A DNA stretch of 22,428 nucleotides from Chiloscyllium plagiosum (GCF_004010195.1 NC_057718.1:72803187-72825614), one strand, 5' to 3'; counted from the first letter of the stretch, positions 1 to 11,335 are shown. Notes: a model not told the origin generated them from the letters alone. A program made the numbers and translations.

Positions 1-235
1 GTACTTAGTCTGAACTAACATTAGCAATGACAATGCGAAAATGACAGGGAGAATCTGTTCTAAGATTAAAAATATCTGGACAAATCAACTTGCCACAAGA
101 GAATTTAGAAGTGAACGTATACTCTGTACACCTTATTAGGCTTAAAAAGGCTTTTATTTTAAAAAAGGTGCAATATGATCTTTGTACACCAATCTTAAAG
201 CAAGACCTAACATATCCAACTTAATGCTTCTTAGA

Positions 236-485
236 TCATAAGACATAGGAGTTGAGCAATCAGCCCATCAACTTTACTCCTACAGTCAGTGAGGTCATGG
301 TGTGATCTGATAATCCTCAACTCTACCTTCCTGTCTTTTTGATACAACCCTGATTCCCTTAATGATTAAAAAATGTCTATCTCAGCCCTGAATATGCTTA
401 ATTATCCAGTCTTGACAGCACTCCATGATAATGAATTTCACATGTTAACTATCTTCTCAGATTAGAAATTCCGTCTCATCAGTGA
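236..485 (-). mobile_element. Old CR1 LINE 3' end fragment
   Basis: Reverse complement resembles a CR1 ORF2 C-terminus plus 3'UTR ending ...ctcctatgtcttatga. Confidence 0.65.
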
Positions 486-1312
486 ATGTGCAAGAGAGAA
501 CTTAAAAGGGACATTGGGGCCGCTAAAGAGCAACCTGAAAGGACATTGGAAAGTAAAACAAAGGAAGATCCAATGCTTTACAGGTGCATTAAGGGCAAAA
601 GGATAATAACTCAAAGAGGCCCATTAAAGACCACAGTGGTAACTTGCAAGTGGAACCAGAGGAACACTTTGGGTCAGCATCATTACTGAAAGGGATGACA
701 CAGAGTATAAAATTGGCAAGTCATGTTACAGCAAGTCATGTGCAGAACTGTAGTTAGACCTTGTTTGTAATATCATGTGCAGTTTTGGTCACCACACCAA
801 AAGAATGATGTATCTCGGTACCTATGACAACAAAAACATCAAATCAAATGGTTAACCAGGATGTTGCCTGGTTTGGAGCATATATAGCTATAAGGAGAGA
901 TTCGACAAAGTTGGTTTCTTTTCATTTGAATGTCGAAGGATGAGGAACAACCTAGAGGTAGTTTACAAAATAGATGAAATGTATAGTCAAAGTATTCTCC
1001 CAAGATAGAAATATCAATTACTAGGAGACATGGGTTGAAGATAAAAGAGAGTAAGTTTAAAGGAGATGTGAGAGGCATTTATTCTTTAAGGCACAGTGGT
1101 TGATTAGTGCCTGGAATGGGCTGTCAGACGTGGTGGCAGAGTCAGATACAACAGCAACATTTAAGAGGCATACTGACAGATAGAGGAACATGCAAAGAAT
1201 TGAGGTATACACACCACTTTTAAGCAAAAGGCTTTTAGCTTAGAAGTGCATCATGTGTCAGCTCAGTATTGGTGGGTCATTCTTGTGCTGCACTGTTGCT
1301 TATACTCTGTGA
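486..1312 (+). mobile_element. Degraded CR1 LINE, internally deleted ORF2 through 3'UTR
   Basis: Remnants of the ORF2 linker, LVRP..EY..QFWSP (gttagacc...gcagttttggtcacca), RMLPGL, and a CR1-type 3'UTR ending near tatactctgtgat. Confidence 0.75.
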
Positions 1313-1391
1313 TACAATTGAATAAATTATCACAGGTATAGAGGAGGTTCATTCCTGCCATCGACCAACTAGGTCGTACCTACCACCTAGT

Positions 1392-1709
1392 GGGCGGCAC
1401 GGTGGCACAGTGGTTAGCACTGCTGCTTCACAGCGCCTGAGACCTGGGTTCAGTTCCCGCCTCAGGCGACTGACTGTGTGGAGTTTGCACGTTCTCCCCG
1501 TGTCTGCGTGGGTTTCCTCCGGGTACTCCGGTTTCCTCCCACAGTCCAAAGATGTGCAGGTCAGGTGAATTGGCCATGCTAAATTGTCCGTAGTGTTAGG
1601 TAAGGGGTAAATGTAGGGGCATGGGTGGGTTGCACTTCGGCGGGTCGGTGTGGACTTGTTGGGCCGAAGGGCCTGTTTCCACGCTGTAATCTAATCTAAT
1701 CTAATCTAA
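1392..1709 (+). mobile_element. Full-length HE1-type (V-SINE) tRNA-derived SINE
   Basis: Box A TGGCACAGTGG 1403-1413, box B GGTTCAGTTCC 1447-1457, V-domain core tgtgtggagtttgcacgttctccccgtgtctgcgtgggtttcc, CR1-like tail and (CTAAT)n end. Confidence 0.9.
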
Positions 1710-1912
1710 AAACCTGTGTTCACCTATCACTACCTCACCATTCCACGCTCCACACCCCCCTTTCTGCAGCACCCCTCTAACCTCACCTCCATTCCGGAAG
1801 AAGGGTTATACCCAAACGTTGAATTCTCCACCTACTGATGCAGCTTGGCTTGCTGTGTTCTTCCAGTCTCCTGCTTGTCTGCTTTGGATTCCAACATCTG
1901 CAGTTTTTTTTT
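1710..1912 (+). mobile_element. Penelope-like element 3' end with decayed hammerhead motif
   Basis: attc-cggaaga-a-gggt-tat-accc-aaacgtt-gaat (1791-1824) followed by tgctgtgttcttccag...ccaacatctgcag, homologous to the arms at 7374 and 20967. Confidence 0.65.
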
Positions 1913-3565
1913 GTCTTTGAATGTCTGGCAAGCTTTAGAGTTGACAATCCTCAAGGCCCAGATGAAATGTATCACAGATCTTGAGTCAGGCATGCAGGTA
2001 ATAGCATAGGTGCTTACAAAAATTTTCAATTCCTCCCTGGCCACAGAAGAGGTGCCAAATCAGTGGAGGACAGCCAATGTGATACTATTATTCAAGAATG
2101 AATCAAAGGATAAACTAGGAAACCTTAACATGTTCAGTCTAACCTTGATGGTAGGGAAACTTTTGGAAGCAATTCTAAGAGACAGAATCAATCTGCATTT
2201 GAAAGAGGCAGGGATTAATCAAGAACAGTCAGCATGCTTTTGTTAAAGGCAGGTCACACTTGAGCAACTTGATTGAATTTTCCGAAGAAGTGGCTAGTTG
2301 TGTACATGAGGATATAGTCTACTCGGATGTCAGAAGACTTTGAATAATGTTCCACATCAGAGTCTGATAGCGAAGATAAGAATCCATGGGATCCAAGGGA
2401 ATTTGGCACACAGGATCAACAATTAGTTGGTAACAGGGAACAGAGGGTGATAGCCGAAAGGTGTTATTCTGACTGCAAGTCCAGGGACAGTGGCGTCCCA
2501 CAATGGTCAGTGGTGGGGCCCTTGTTGTTGGCGCTTTATATAAATGATTTAGACTTGAATGTAGGAGGGTTGATCAGTAAGGTCGCAAACGTACAAAAAT
2601 TGGCGAGTGGCAAATAGTGAAGTGGTTAGCCTGGAGATAGGAAGACATAGACAGGCTGGTCAGATGGGCTGATCAATGGCAAATGGAATTTAATCCAGAT
2701 AAATGTGAGGTATTGCACTTGGGAAGGACAAACAAAGGCAAGGGAATACATGATGAACGATAGGACTCAAGAAACTTCGAGGATCAGAGGGACCTTGGTG
2801 TGCACATACTTGGTGCACACTGATCCCATAAAGTAAAGTTAGACAGGGAGATAAAATGGTCAAAAAGGCATATGGAATACTCACCTTTATTAGCCAAGGC
2901 ATAGAGTTTAAGAGCAGGGAGGTTATGCACTTGTTATGCCACAGCTAAGGCATTATGTAATAGCGCTGGACAGAGTGCTGAGGAGATTTACCAGAATGTT
3001 GCCTGGGCTGGAAAGTTTCTATTATGAAGAGAGATTAAACAGATTAGGACTGTTTTACTTAGAACAGAGGTGATTAAGAGGGGACAGGATTGACATTTAA
3101 AATTATGAGGGACAAAGATAGGGTAGACGGCGGGTCGGTGTGGACTTGTTGGGCCGAAGGGCCTGTTTCCACACTGTAATCTAATCTAATCTAATCTAAT
3201 CTAATGTTTTACTTAGAACAGAGGTGATTAAGGGGGGACAGGATTGACATTTAAAATTATGAGGGACAAAGATAGGGTAGACAGGAAGAAACTTTTCCTT
3301 TAATGTACAGATCAAAGTCCAGGGGTGTAGATTTAAGGGGAAGAAGGTTTAGAACAGAAGTGACAAAAATCTTGTTCACACAAAGTGGTGTAAATCTGAA
3401 TCTCACTGCCTGGAAGGGAAGGCAGAAACCTCATCATAACATTAAAGTATTTAGATGTGCACTTGCAATGCCAAGGCATAGAAGGCAATGCTAGAAAATG
3501 AGAGCAGAATAGTCATGTGGTTGTTTTGGATATGATGCGCCGAAAGAGCCTTTGTCTGTACTGTA
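1913..3565 (+). mobile_element. CR1 LINE, ORF2 reverse-transcriptase region to 3' end, frameshifted
   Basis: ORF 2010-2246 (IFNSSLATEEVPNQWRTANVILLFK...LTLMVGKLLEAILRDRI); later GVPQ.SV.GPLL..YINDLD and QMEFNPDKCEVLHLGR motifs. Confidence 0.9.
3129..3204 (+). mobile_element. 5'-truncated HE1-type SINE tail inserted in CR1
   Basis: Nearly identical to the tail of the SINE at 1392-1709, with (CTAAT)n; flanked by direct repeats 3051-3128 and 3205-3282. Confidence 0.9.
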
Positions 3566-3574
3566 GATCTCTAG

Positions 3575-3890
3575 AAAAAGGCCTAACAGGTAAGGCAGAT
3601 GAACTTATGCCATGGTTAGGAATATGGAACTGGGATGTCATTGCTATTAAAGAAATGCAGCTCAGGGATGGGATGGACTGGCAGCTTAATGTTCCAGGCT
3701 ATAGGTGCTATTGGATTGGTTGAAAGGGGGTCAAGAGAGAAGGCAGAGTGGCATTTTTGGTTAAGGATGACATTAAGGCTGTACTTAGGAAGATAATCTT
3801 GAGGGAGCATCTAATGAAGTTATGTGGAACTGAGAAGTAAAAAAAAAAATGATCACCTTATTGCGGTTATACTATAGACTCCACCCAATA
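3575..3890 (+). mobile_element. CR1 APE-endonuclease fragment
   Basis: KADELMPWLGIWNWDVIAIKE.QL...DWQLNVPGYRC, later YYR.P.N. Confidence 0.85.
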
Positions 3891-4847
3891 AAAACTTAAC
3901 TCAGAATCAGCAGCTTCCATTTTTGCAGCAGCAGTGGGAGCAGTGAAAGCGAGGGCTGTGGGGCTGCTGGGAAGGTACATTAGTAACTTATCTCGTGAAT
4001 AGGCAGAGCGCACGCTGAACAGGAGTAGACACGGAACTGCTGAATAAGTAAGTGAGGTAATATATTTGGGTGATTGCTTTACTCAAAACACTACTTTAGA
4101 GTCTCCCACCCATCCTCCTCTTCTAACCAAAAAAAAGGTTCTGTGTGCTGATGAGGTAAGGTTACTAGTTTTTTCAGTAATCTCTTTGGGAATTCAGAAC
4201 AGTGGGAATGGATGCTAGTCCAGTTGCATGCTCCTCCTGTAGGATTGGGAGGTAAGGGTCACAATAAGTGTCCCCACTGACTTCATCTGCAGGAAGTGTA
4301 CCCAACTCTAGGTCCTCAGAAACCACGGTAGGGAGCTGGAGCTGGATAAACTTTGGATCATTAGCAAGGCAGAGGGGGTAATAGAGAAGAGTTACAAGGA
4401 GGTAGTCTCACCTCAGGTCCAGGAAAAAAGTAGATGGGTTACAGTCAGGGGACAGAAAGGGAATAGGCAGATAATGCAGGGATCCCTGTGGCTGTTCTCT
4501 TCAACAATAAGTATACTGTTTGCATTGAGGGGGCCTACCTACCAGGAGAAAGCCATACTGGCCAGGTCTCTGTGGCTCAGAAGGGAAGGGGGGGGGGGGA
4601 ATAGAAAGGCCCTAGTGGTAGGAGGGTCAATACTTACAGGAACGGACAGGAGGTTCTGTGGTCACAGAAGCTATGTTGCCTCCCAGGTGCTAGAGTCCGG
4701 GATATCTCAGAGTCTACAAGATCCTGAAGGAGGAGGGTGAGAAGCCAGAAGTCGGAGTGCACATTGACACCAATGACATAGCCAGGAAAAGGATCTAAAA
4801 AGTGATTTCAGAGAGTTGGGTTGGAAGCTAAAAAGTGGGATGAGCAG
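3891..4847 (+). mobile_element. CR1 5'UTR and degraded ORF1 (zinc finger, coiled coil, SGNH esterase-like domain)
   Basis: From ATG near 4208: VACSSC...DFICRKCTQL, then ALVVGGSILTGTDRRFCG, CCLPGARVRDI, VHIDTNDI, with frameshifts. Confidence 0.85.
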
Positions 4848-5014
4848 GTGGGGGCGGGGGTTCGCGTAGTGTGCTGCTGCCTAGTCTCCTGAACGGGGAG
4901 TAGACTTCACAGAAAACTCCAAGCCCCCCAGAGGAAATCACTAAACCGAACATTCAATTATCTGAATGAAAAATAGTGCCCGCCCATCTCATTCAGATAA
5001 TCGAGGTTCCTCTG
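4848..5014. mobile_element. One end of a Tigger/pogo-like non-autonomous DNA transposon
   Basis: Ends in ttcagataatcgaggttcctctg followed by TA (5015-5016); subterminal inverted repeat attatctgaatga / tcattcagataat. The other terminus is not seen. Confidence 0.5.
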
Positions 5015-5259
5015 TAATTGGAAGAGGGGAAATTATACTGCTATTAAGACAGGAGCTGTGAATATAAATTGGGAACAATTGTTCTACAGGAAATGCACAA
5101 TAGAAATATGGAGGCTGTTTAAGGAGCACTTGTTGCAAGTGTTGGATAAGTTTGTCACACTGAGACAGGCAAGATTTGAAGATGCTGGTGTTGGACTGGG
5201 GTGTACAAAGTTAAAAATCACAACACCAGGTTATAGTCCAACAGGTTTAATTGGAAGCA

Positions 5260-5294
5260 CACTAGCTTTCGGAGCGACGCTCCTTCATCAGGTG
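5260..5294 (-). ncRNA. Minimal type I hammerhead ribozyme motif, mirror copy in the DOP1A sense orientation
   Basis: Minus strand CAC-CTGATGA-A-GGAGC-gtc-GCTCC-GAAA-GCT-A-GTG. Confidence 0.7.
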
Positions 5295-5313
5295 ATAATC
5301 ACCTAATGACTAT

Positions 5314-5348
5314 CACCTGATGAAGGAGCATCGCTCCGAAAGCTAGTG
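5314..5348 (+). ncRNA. Minimal type I hammerhead ribozyme motif (Penelope-associated)
   Basis: CAC-CTGATGA-A-GGAGC-atc-GCTCC-GAAA-GCT-A-GTG: core boxes, 5-bp stem II, palindromic AGCT in place of stem III, CAC/GTG stem I. Activity not shown. Confidence 0.7.
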
Positions 5349-6560
5349 TGCTTCCAATTAAACCTGTTGGACTGGAACCTGGTGTTGTGTGATTTTTAAC
5401 TTTGAGACAGGCAAGGAATCGTAAGGTGAAGGAGCCTTGGATGATAAGAGGAGAGGAGCTTCTCGTCAAGAGGAAGAAGGAAGCAAGGATGTGGCATAGC
5501 TTTACAGGATTACAACGTAGCTAGGAAAGAACTCAAAAATGAACTGAGGGGGCACGAGAAAGCCTTGGCAGGAAGGATAGGGAAAACCCAAAGGCGTTCT
5601 ACATTTAGGTGAGGAATAAGGGAATGATCAGAGAATGTGTGGGGCAGTTCAGGGATAGTGAAGGGAACTGGTACCTGAAGTCTGAAGTAGTAGGGGAGGC
5701 CCTAAATGAGTTTTTTGTTTCAGTATTCACTAGAGAGGGGAATCTTGTTGATAGTGAGAACACGGTGGAGCAGGTTAATAGGCTTGAACAAACTGATATT
5801 AAGAAAGAAGATGTGTCGGAAATTCTGGGAAACATCAAGATAGGCAAGTCCTCAGGGCCATACCAGATATATCCAAGGTTACTATGGAAAGTAAGGAATG
5901 AGATTGCTGAGCCTCTGGCAATGATCTTTGGATCCTCACTCTCGACGGGAGTAGCACCGGATGATTGCAGGGAGGCGAATGTTGTTCCTCTGTTCAAGAA
6001 AAGGAATAGGAAAATCCCTGGGAATTACAGACCAGTCAGTTTTACATCTGTGGTAAGCAGGGTACTGGAAAGGATTCTGAGAGATAGGATTTATGATTAT
6101 TTGGAAAAATGGTTTGATTAAAGATGCCTCACAAACCTTATTGGGTTGAGGATGTGACGAGAGAAGTTGACGAATGTCAAGCAGTAGATGTGGTGTACTT
6201 GGATTTCAGTAGCGTATTTGATAAGGTTTCCCGTGGTAGGCTCATTCAGTAAGTTAGGAGGTATGGGTTATAGGGAAACTTGCTGTCTGGATACAGAATT
6301 GACTGGCCAAAAGACGACAGCAAATGGTAGTGGATGTAAGGTATTTTGCTTGAAGGTCGGTGACCAGTGGGGTCCCACAGGGATCTGTTCTTGGGCCTCT
6401 GCTCTTTGTAGCTTTTATAAAAGTGACTTGGATGAAGAAGTGGAAGGGTGGGTTAGTAAGTTTGCAATGACACACAGGTCAATGGTGTTGTAGACAGTGT
6501 CAAGGGCTGCTGCAGGCTACAAGACTGACAGTATGCAGAGCTGGGCTGAGAAATGACAGG

Positions 6561-6920
6561 TGTGACAAAGATGACTGATGAAAGCAGAGTGATAGACATT
6601 GTCTACACGTATTTTAGTAAGGTGTTCATCAAGGTCCCCCATGGTAGACTGGTTAGTAAGTTTCAATCACAGGAAATCTAAGGGAGCTGGCCAATTAGAT
6701 ATGAAATTGACTTGAAGGAAGACGACAGAGTGGTGGTAGATGGTTATTTTTCAGACCGGAGACCTGTGATCGGTGGTGTGCCACAAGAATCGGCACGGGT
6801 CCAATGCTTTTCATCATTTATATAAATGATATGGATGTGAACATAGGAGATATGGTGAATAAGTTTGCAGACGACACCAAAATTGTGGGTGTAGTTGACA
6901 GTGAAGGTTATCTCAGAACA
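6561..6920 (+). mobile_element. Separate CR1 RT fragment
   Basis: IYINDMDVNIGDMVNKFADDTKIVGVVDSE; it repeats RT motifs already present at 6150-6500, so it is an independent copy. Confidence 0.85.
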
Positions 6921-7373
6921 CATCATCATACTTCCTCTGGCAGCTCATTCCATAGACACACAGTCCTCTGTGTGAAAAAGTTACCACCCAGGTCTTTTTA
7001 AAGTCAATCATTCTCCTCTCACTTTAAACCTATGGCCTCCAGTTCTGGACTCTCCGGCTGAGGAAAAAGACCTTGGTTATTCAGCCTATTCACGACTCAG
7101 GCTCCAGGGAAATAACACCAGCTTATTCAATATCTCCCTCTCGCTCAAACCCTCTAGTCCCTGCAGCATCCTTGTAAATCCTTTCTGCACCCTTTCAAGA
7201 TTAACAACATTCTTCTTCTAGAAGGTAGAAAGAATGCTGGCAAATGCTGGTCCAGGCCTGGATAACCTTACCAAAATTCAGCATCTCACATTTATCTAAC
7301 TCTATTTGCCATTCCTCAGGCCATTGGCCCAACTGATCAAAGTCTCGTTGTATTCTGAAATAATCTTCTCACT

Positions 7374-7465
7374 CGAAAACTGTGTAGTGCTGGAAAAGCA
7401 CAGCAGGTCAGGCAGCATCTGAGGAGCAGGAGAATCAATATTTCGGGCATAAACCCTTCATCAGG
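7374..7465 (-). mobile_element. Single-arm Penelope-derived insertion with hammerhead core and 12-bp TSD
   Basis: AATCTTCTCACT at 7362-7373 and 7466-7477; minus strand CTGATGA-A-GGGT-ttat-GCCC-GAAA-TATT-GATT. Confidence 0.8.
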
Positions 7466-7635
7466 AATCTTCTCACTGTCCACTATACCATTGATTTTGG
7501 GGTCACCTACAAACTTACAAACCATACCTTCTGTATTCACATCCAATACATTAATAAAAGTAACAGAAAGCAGTGGATCCAGCACTGATCCCCTAGGTCC
7601 CATGCAATCTAATCTTATTAACCAGTCTACTATAT

Positions 7636-8487
7636 GTCCTAGGCCCAACCATCTTTAGCTGCTTCATCAATGACCTTCCCCTCATCATAAGGTCAGAAGT
7701 GGGTAGGTTTGCTGATGATTGCACAACATTCAGCATCATTTGCAACTCCTCAGACACAGAAGCAATCCGTGTCCAAATACAACAAGATCAAGTCAATATC
7801 CAGGCCAGGGCTAACAAGTAGCAAGTAACATTTGCACCTTGACCATCACTGAATCCCACATTATCAACATCTTGTGCGTTGTCATTGATCAGAAACTCAA
7901 CTCAACTGTGCTCATTACACAAGTGCAGTGACTACAACAGCAGGTCAGAGGCTAGGAATACTGCAGCGAGTAAATGATCTACTCACTCCTGAAAGCCTGT
8001 CCTCAAACTACAAGGCACAAATCAGGAGTGTGATGGAATACTTGCCACTTGCCTGGATGAGTATAGCTCAAACAACGCAAAAAAAAGCTTGACACCATTC
8101 AGGACAAACTTGATTGGCACTACGCCCACGAACATCCACTCCCTTCACCACCAAAACTCAGTAGCAGTAGTGTGCACTATATACAAGGTACATTGCAAAA
8201 ATTCACCAAAACGTTCTCAGATAACACTTTCAAACCCACGATTACTTCAATCTAGGAGGACAAGGGCAGCAAATATATTCCTCTGCAAGCCACTCATCCT
8301 GATTTGGGAACATACAGCCATTCCTTCAAAATTCTAGAATTCTCTCTTAACAGAATTGTGAGTCAACCCATACTGCAACAGTTCAAGAAGGCAGCTCACC
8401 ACCACCTTCTCAAGGCCAACTAGGGATGGGAAATAAAGGCTGGCCAGCCAGCAACGCCTATATCCCACAAATTGACCAAATAAATAA
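7636..8487 (+). mobile_element. 5'-truncated LINE of a different family (L2/CR1-group; clade not assigned)
   Basis: VLGPTIFSCFINDLP..IRSEVG.FADDCT (FADD 7708-7719), YKAQIRSVMEY, 3' end FKKAAHHHLLK plus aataaa-rich tail; splits the minus-strand CR1. Confidence 0.8.
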
Positions 8488-10304
8488 ACCTTGTTGAACA
8501 CTTTATTATAGTCTTTGTAGACAATGTCTAACACTCCATCTTCAACAGTCTTCTTTGTCACCTCTTCAAAAACTTTAATCAAGTTAGACAGACATGATTT
8601 CCCCACACACATAGCCACACTGACTATCCCTAATCAGTTCTTGCCTTTCCAAATGCATTCAAATCTTGTCCAACAACCTATCCACCAGTGACATCAAACT
8701 CTTGCGACATCAGTCTATTATTCTGTCTTTTCCTTACAGACTTTTTAAATAATGGCACTACATTAGCCAACCTCCATCTTCCAGCACCTCATCAATCGAT
8801 GATACAAATATTTCAGCAAGGGGCCCAGCAATCTCTCCCCTAGCTTTCCACAAAGTCCTGGGAAACACCTGATCAGGTCCCAAGAACTTATCCACCTTTA
8901 ATGTGTTTCAAGAACTTTGGTAACTCCTCTTCTGTAATATGAACTCTTTTCAAGCCAAATTTATTTCCCCAAATTCCCTCGTTTCCATATCCTTCTCCAT
9001 AGTAAATACTGATGCAAAATATTTGTTTAGTATCACATCCACCTCTTGTGTTTCCATGTTGATTTTTAACAGATCCTCTTCTCTTCAGGGTTACACTTTT
9101 GCCCTTAATGTATTTGTTGAATCACTGGATTCTTCTTAACTCTATTTTCCAAAGCTATCTCATCCTCTTTTCTTTGCCCTCCTGATTTTCTTCTGAATCC
9201 CTTATATTCAGGGGATTCATGCAAACCCAGCCATCTATACCTGATGTACGCCTCCTTTTCCTTGACCAGAGCCTCAATTTTTCTGGTTACCCAGCACTCC
9301 CTTAACCTACTAGCTTCATCTTTCACACTAACAGGAACATATTGTCTCTGAACTCTTGTTATCTCTTTCTTAAAGCCCTCCCAATTCCTAACCATGCCTG
9401 TTCCTGGGAATAGCCTTCGCCAGTCAACGTTTGAAAATTCCTGTCTAATACCTTCAAAAGTAACTTTACTCCAACTTAGAACTTTAACTTTTAGATCAAG
9501 ACTATCCTTTTCATTAATTATTTTAAGACTAATCGAATAATGATCACTTCCCCAAAGTGCTCCCCCACTGACATCAGTCATTTGCCCTGCCTCTTTTCCC
9601 AAGGTCAAGTATTGCTCCTTCTCTAGTAGGTACATCCACGTATTGAATAAGAACATCTTTTTGTATACACTTAAATTTCTCCATATCCAAGACCTTAATA
9701 AGTTTCCAGTCCCAATCTAAGTTAAAATCCCCTATCATTTCAACCCTATTTTTCTTACAGATATCTGATATCTCCTTACATATTTGCTTATCAATTTCCC
9801 ACTGATTATTGGGATGTGTAGAATATAATCCCAACGAGGTGATCATCCCTTTCTTATTTTTCAGTTCCATCCATATAACTTCACTTAATGATCTCCTAGG
9901 AATATCTAAATACAGCCATAAGGTTCTCCCTAATCAAAAACACCACTTCCCCTCCTCTCCTGCCTCCCTTTCTATCCTTCCTATAGCATCTACACTCTGG
10001 AACATCAAGCTGCCAGTCCTATCCATCCCTGAGCCAAGATAGCTAAGATATTCCTGTCTCAAGTTCTCAGCCATGCCCCAAGTTCATCTGCCTTACTTTT
10101 CAGGCCTTCTACACTGAAGTAAGTGCAGCTTAACAGTCTTACCTCATTCTCTGCCAAGCTCTTGTCCGCCTTGACTATTAGAATTGCTCCCCTTATCTAT
10201 TGTACCAGCTTCAGCCTCCTCTTTCGCATTACCGCTTTGGATCCCCCAACATTCCCCACACCCCTCTTACTCATTTAAATTTATTTCCCCATTATGTTGT
10301 TAAA

Positions 10305-10740
10305 CTTGAAAAGGTTCTGAAAGATTTACAAGGATGTTGCTGAGATTGGATGGTTTCAAGATAGGGAGACTGTATAGGCTGGGACTTTTTTTTTAAACCT
10401 GGAGGGTTGGACGCTGATCTTATTGATGTTTACCAAATCATGACAGGATAAAGAGCCCAAGTATTTTTCCCAGGATAGTGGCCAGAATAGGTTTAAGGTG
10501 AGAGAAGAAAGATGTAAAAGGGACCCGAGGGGCAACTGCTTCATGCAGAGAATGGTGTCTGTATGGAACAAGCTGCCAGAGGTAGTGCCTCAGGCAGGTA
10601 CAATTACAACATTTAAAAATACCTGGGTGGGTACATGAATAGAAAGCATTTATGGGTCAAATGTTGTCAAATATCTGGTCGGCGCGAACGACATAGCCCG
10701 ACTGTTATGTTTCTGTGCTGTACAACTCCGTGACTCTGTT
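10305..10740 (+). mobile_element. CR1 3' end fragment
   Basis: RFTRML..L, gtatggaacaagctgccagag (WNKLPE), 3'UTR ending tgctgtacaactccgtgactct. Confidence 0.8.
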
Positions 10741-10744
10741 ATTG

Positions 10745-11335
10745 GATGTCTCTGTGCTAAATGTGTGACCCCTTATTTTAAGATTATGCTGTTCCTAGAT
10801 TCTCCCCATAAGGGGAAATAATCTTTAACTTGACAAGACCCTGGAGAATTGCATGTGTTTCAATAAGGTTCATTCTTCTAAATATCAATGAATATAGGCC
10901 CAGCCTACTTAACATCTCCTTGTAAGACAGTCCATTTGTAACTGGGATCAGCCCACTGAAAGCTGTCTGGAATGCCTCCAAAACCAGCATATCTTTCCTT
11001 AGATGAGGAGCTCTAACCTCTACTTATATACACCATCACTTTGAAATAAAAGTCAACATTCCATTTGCTTTCTCTATTACTTGCTGAACTTGGATGCTAG
11101 CGTTTTGATGATTTATGAACAAGGACTCCAAAGTTCCTCTATTTTGAATCTTTCTGTAATATTTCTCCATTTAAATAATATTCAGCTCCTCTATTCCTCC
11201 TACTAAATGTGCACAAATTCATATTTTTCAACTTTATATTCCATCTGCCATGATCTTACTCACTTGTTTAACCTGTCTATATCTGAAGACTCTTTGTGAT
11301 CCTCACCACCTGCCTTTCCACCTATTTTTAGGCAC
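10745..11335 (-). mobile_element. Old CR1 ORF2 C-terminal fragment
   Basis: Minus ORF LVLEAFQ..F..LIP...GLSYKEMLSRLGLYSL; upstream WQMEY and KANGMLTFIS. Confidence 0.8.

Larger units (their letters stand above)
5174..5402. mobile_element. Palindromic Penelope-derived mini-element with 13-bp TSD
   Basis: TGAGACAGGCAAG at 5161-5173 and 5403-5415; inverted arms about 5206-5297 and 5311-5404; about 30-nt unpaired extension on the left. Confidence 0.85.
5017..6560 (+). mobile_element. CR1 LINE ORF2 fragment (linker and RT), interrupted at 5174-5402
   Basis: ORF 5609-6121 with KSSGPYQIYPRLL, ANVVPLFKK, PGNYRPVSFTSVV; later AVDVVYLDFS..FDKV and VSKFA. Confidence 0.9.
6921..10280 (-). mobile_element. 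Long degraded CR1 ORF2 (endonuclease to C-terminus), internally deleted and split by two insertions
   Basis: Minus-strand ORFs give IGDFN, SDHYSI, KSCLSNLI, DIVYKDYNKVFNKV (to about 8489), resuming at about 7635 as SRLVNKIRLHG, then GSVLDPLL..FIN.LD..KFVGDPK. Confidence 0.85.

Noticed and set aside
1392..1465. tRNA-like heads with A and B boxes (also 14657-14725)
   Set aside because: No complete cloverleaf; they continue into SINE bodies.
1349..1549. Recurrent DCGRKPE.PEETHADTG ORFs (also near 11961-12259 and 15589-15851)
   Set aside because: Chance reading frames in HE1 SINEs.
5609..6121. Longest ORFs (170 aa here, 183 aa at 9105-9656)
   Set aside because: Fragments of frameshifted CR1 ORF2, not host genes.
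10270..10282. TTTAAA at the 5' edge of the minus-strand CR1, a possible second slippery site
   Set aside because: Too decayed and AT-rich, and ORF1 is missing, so the phase cannot be tested.
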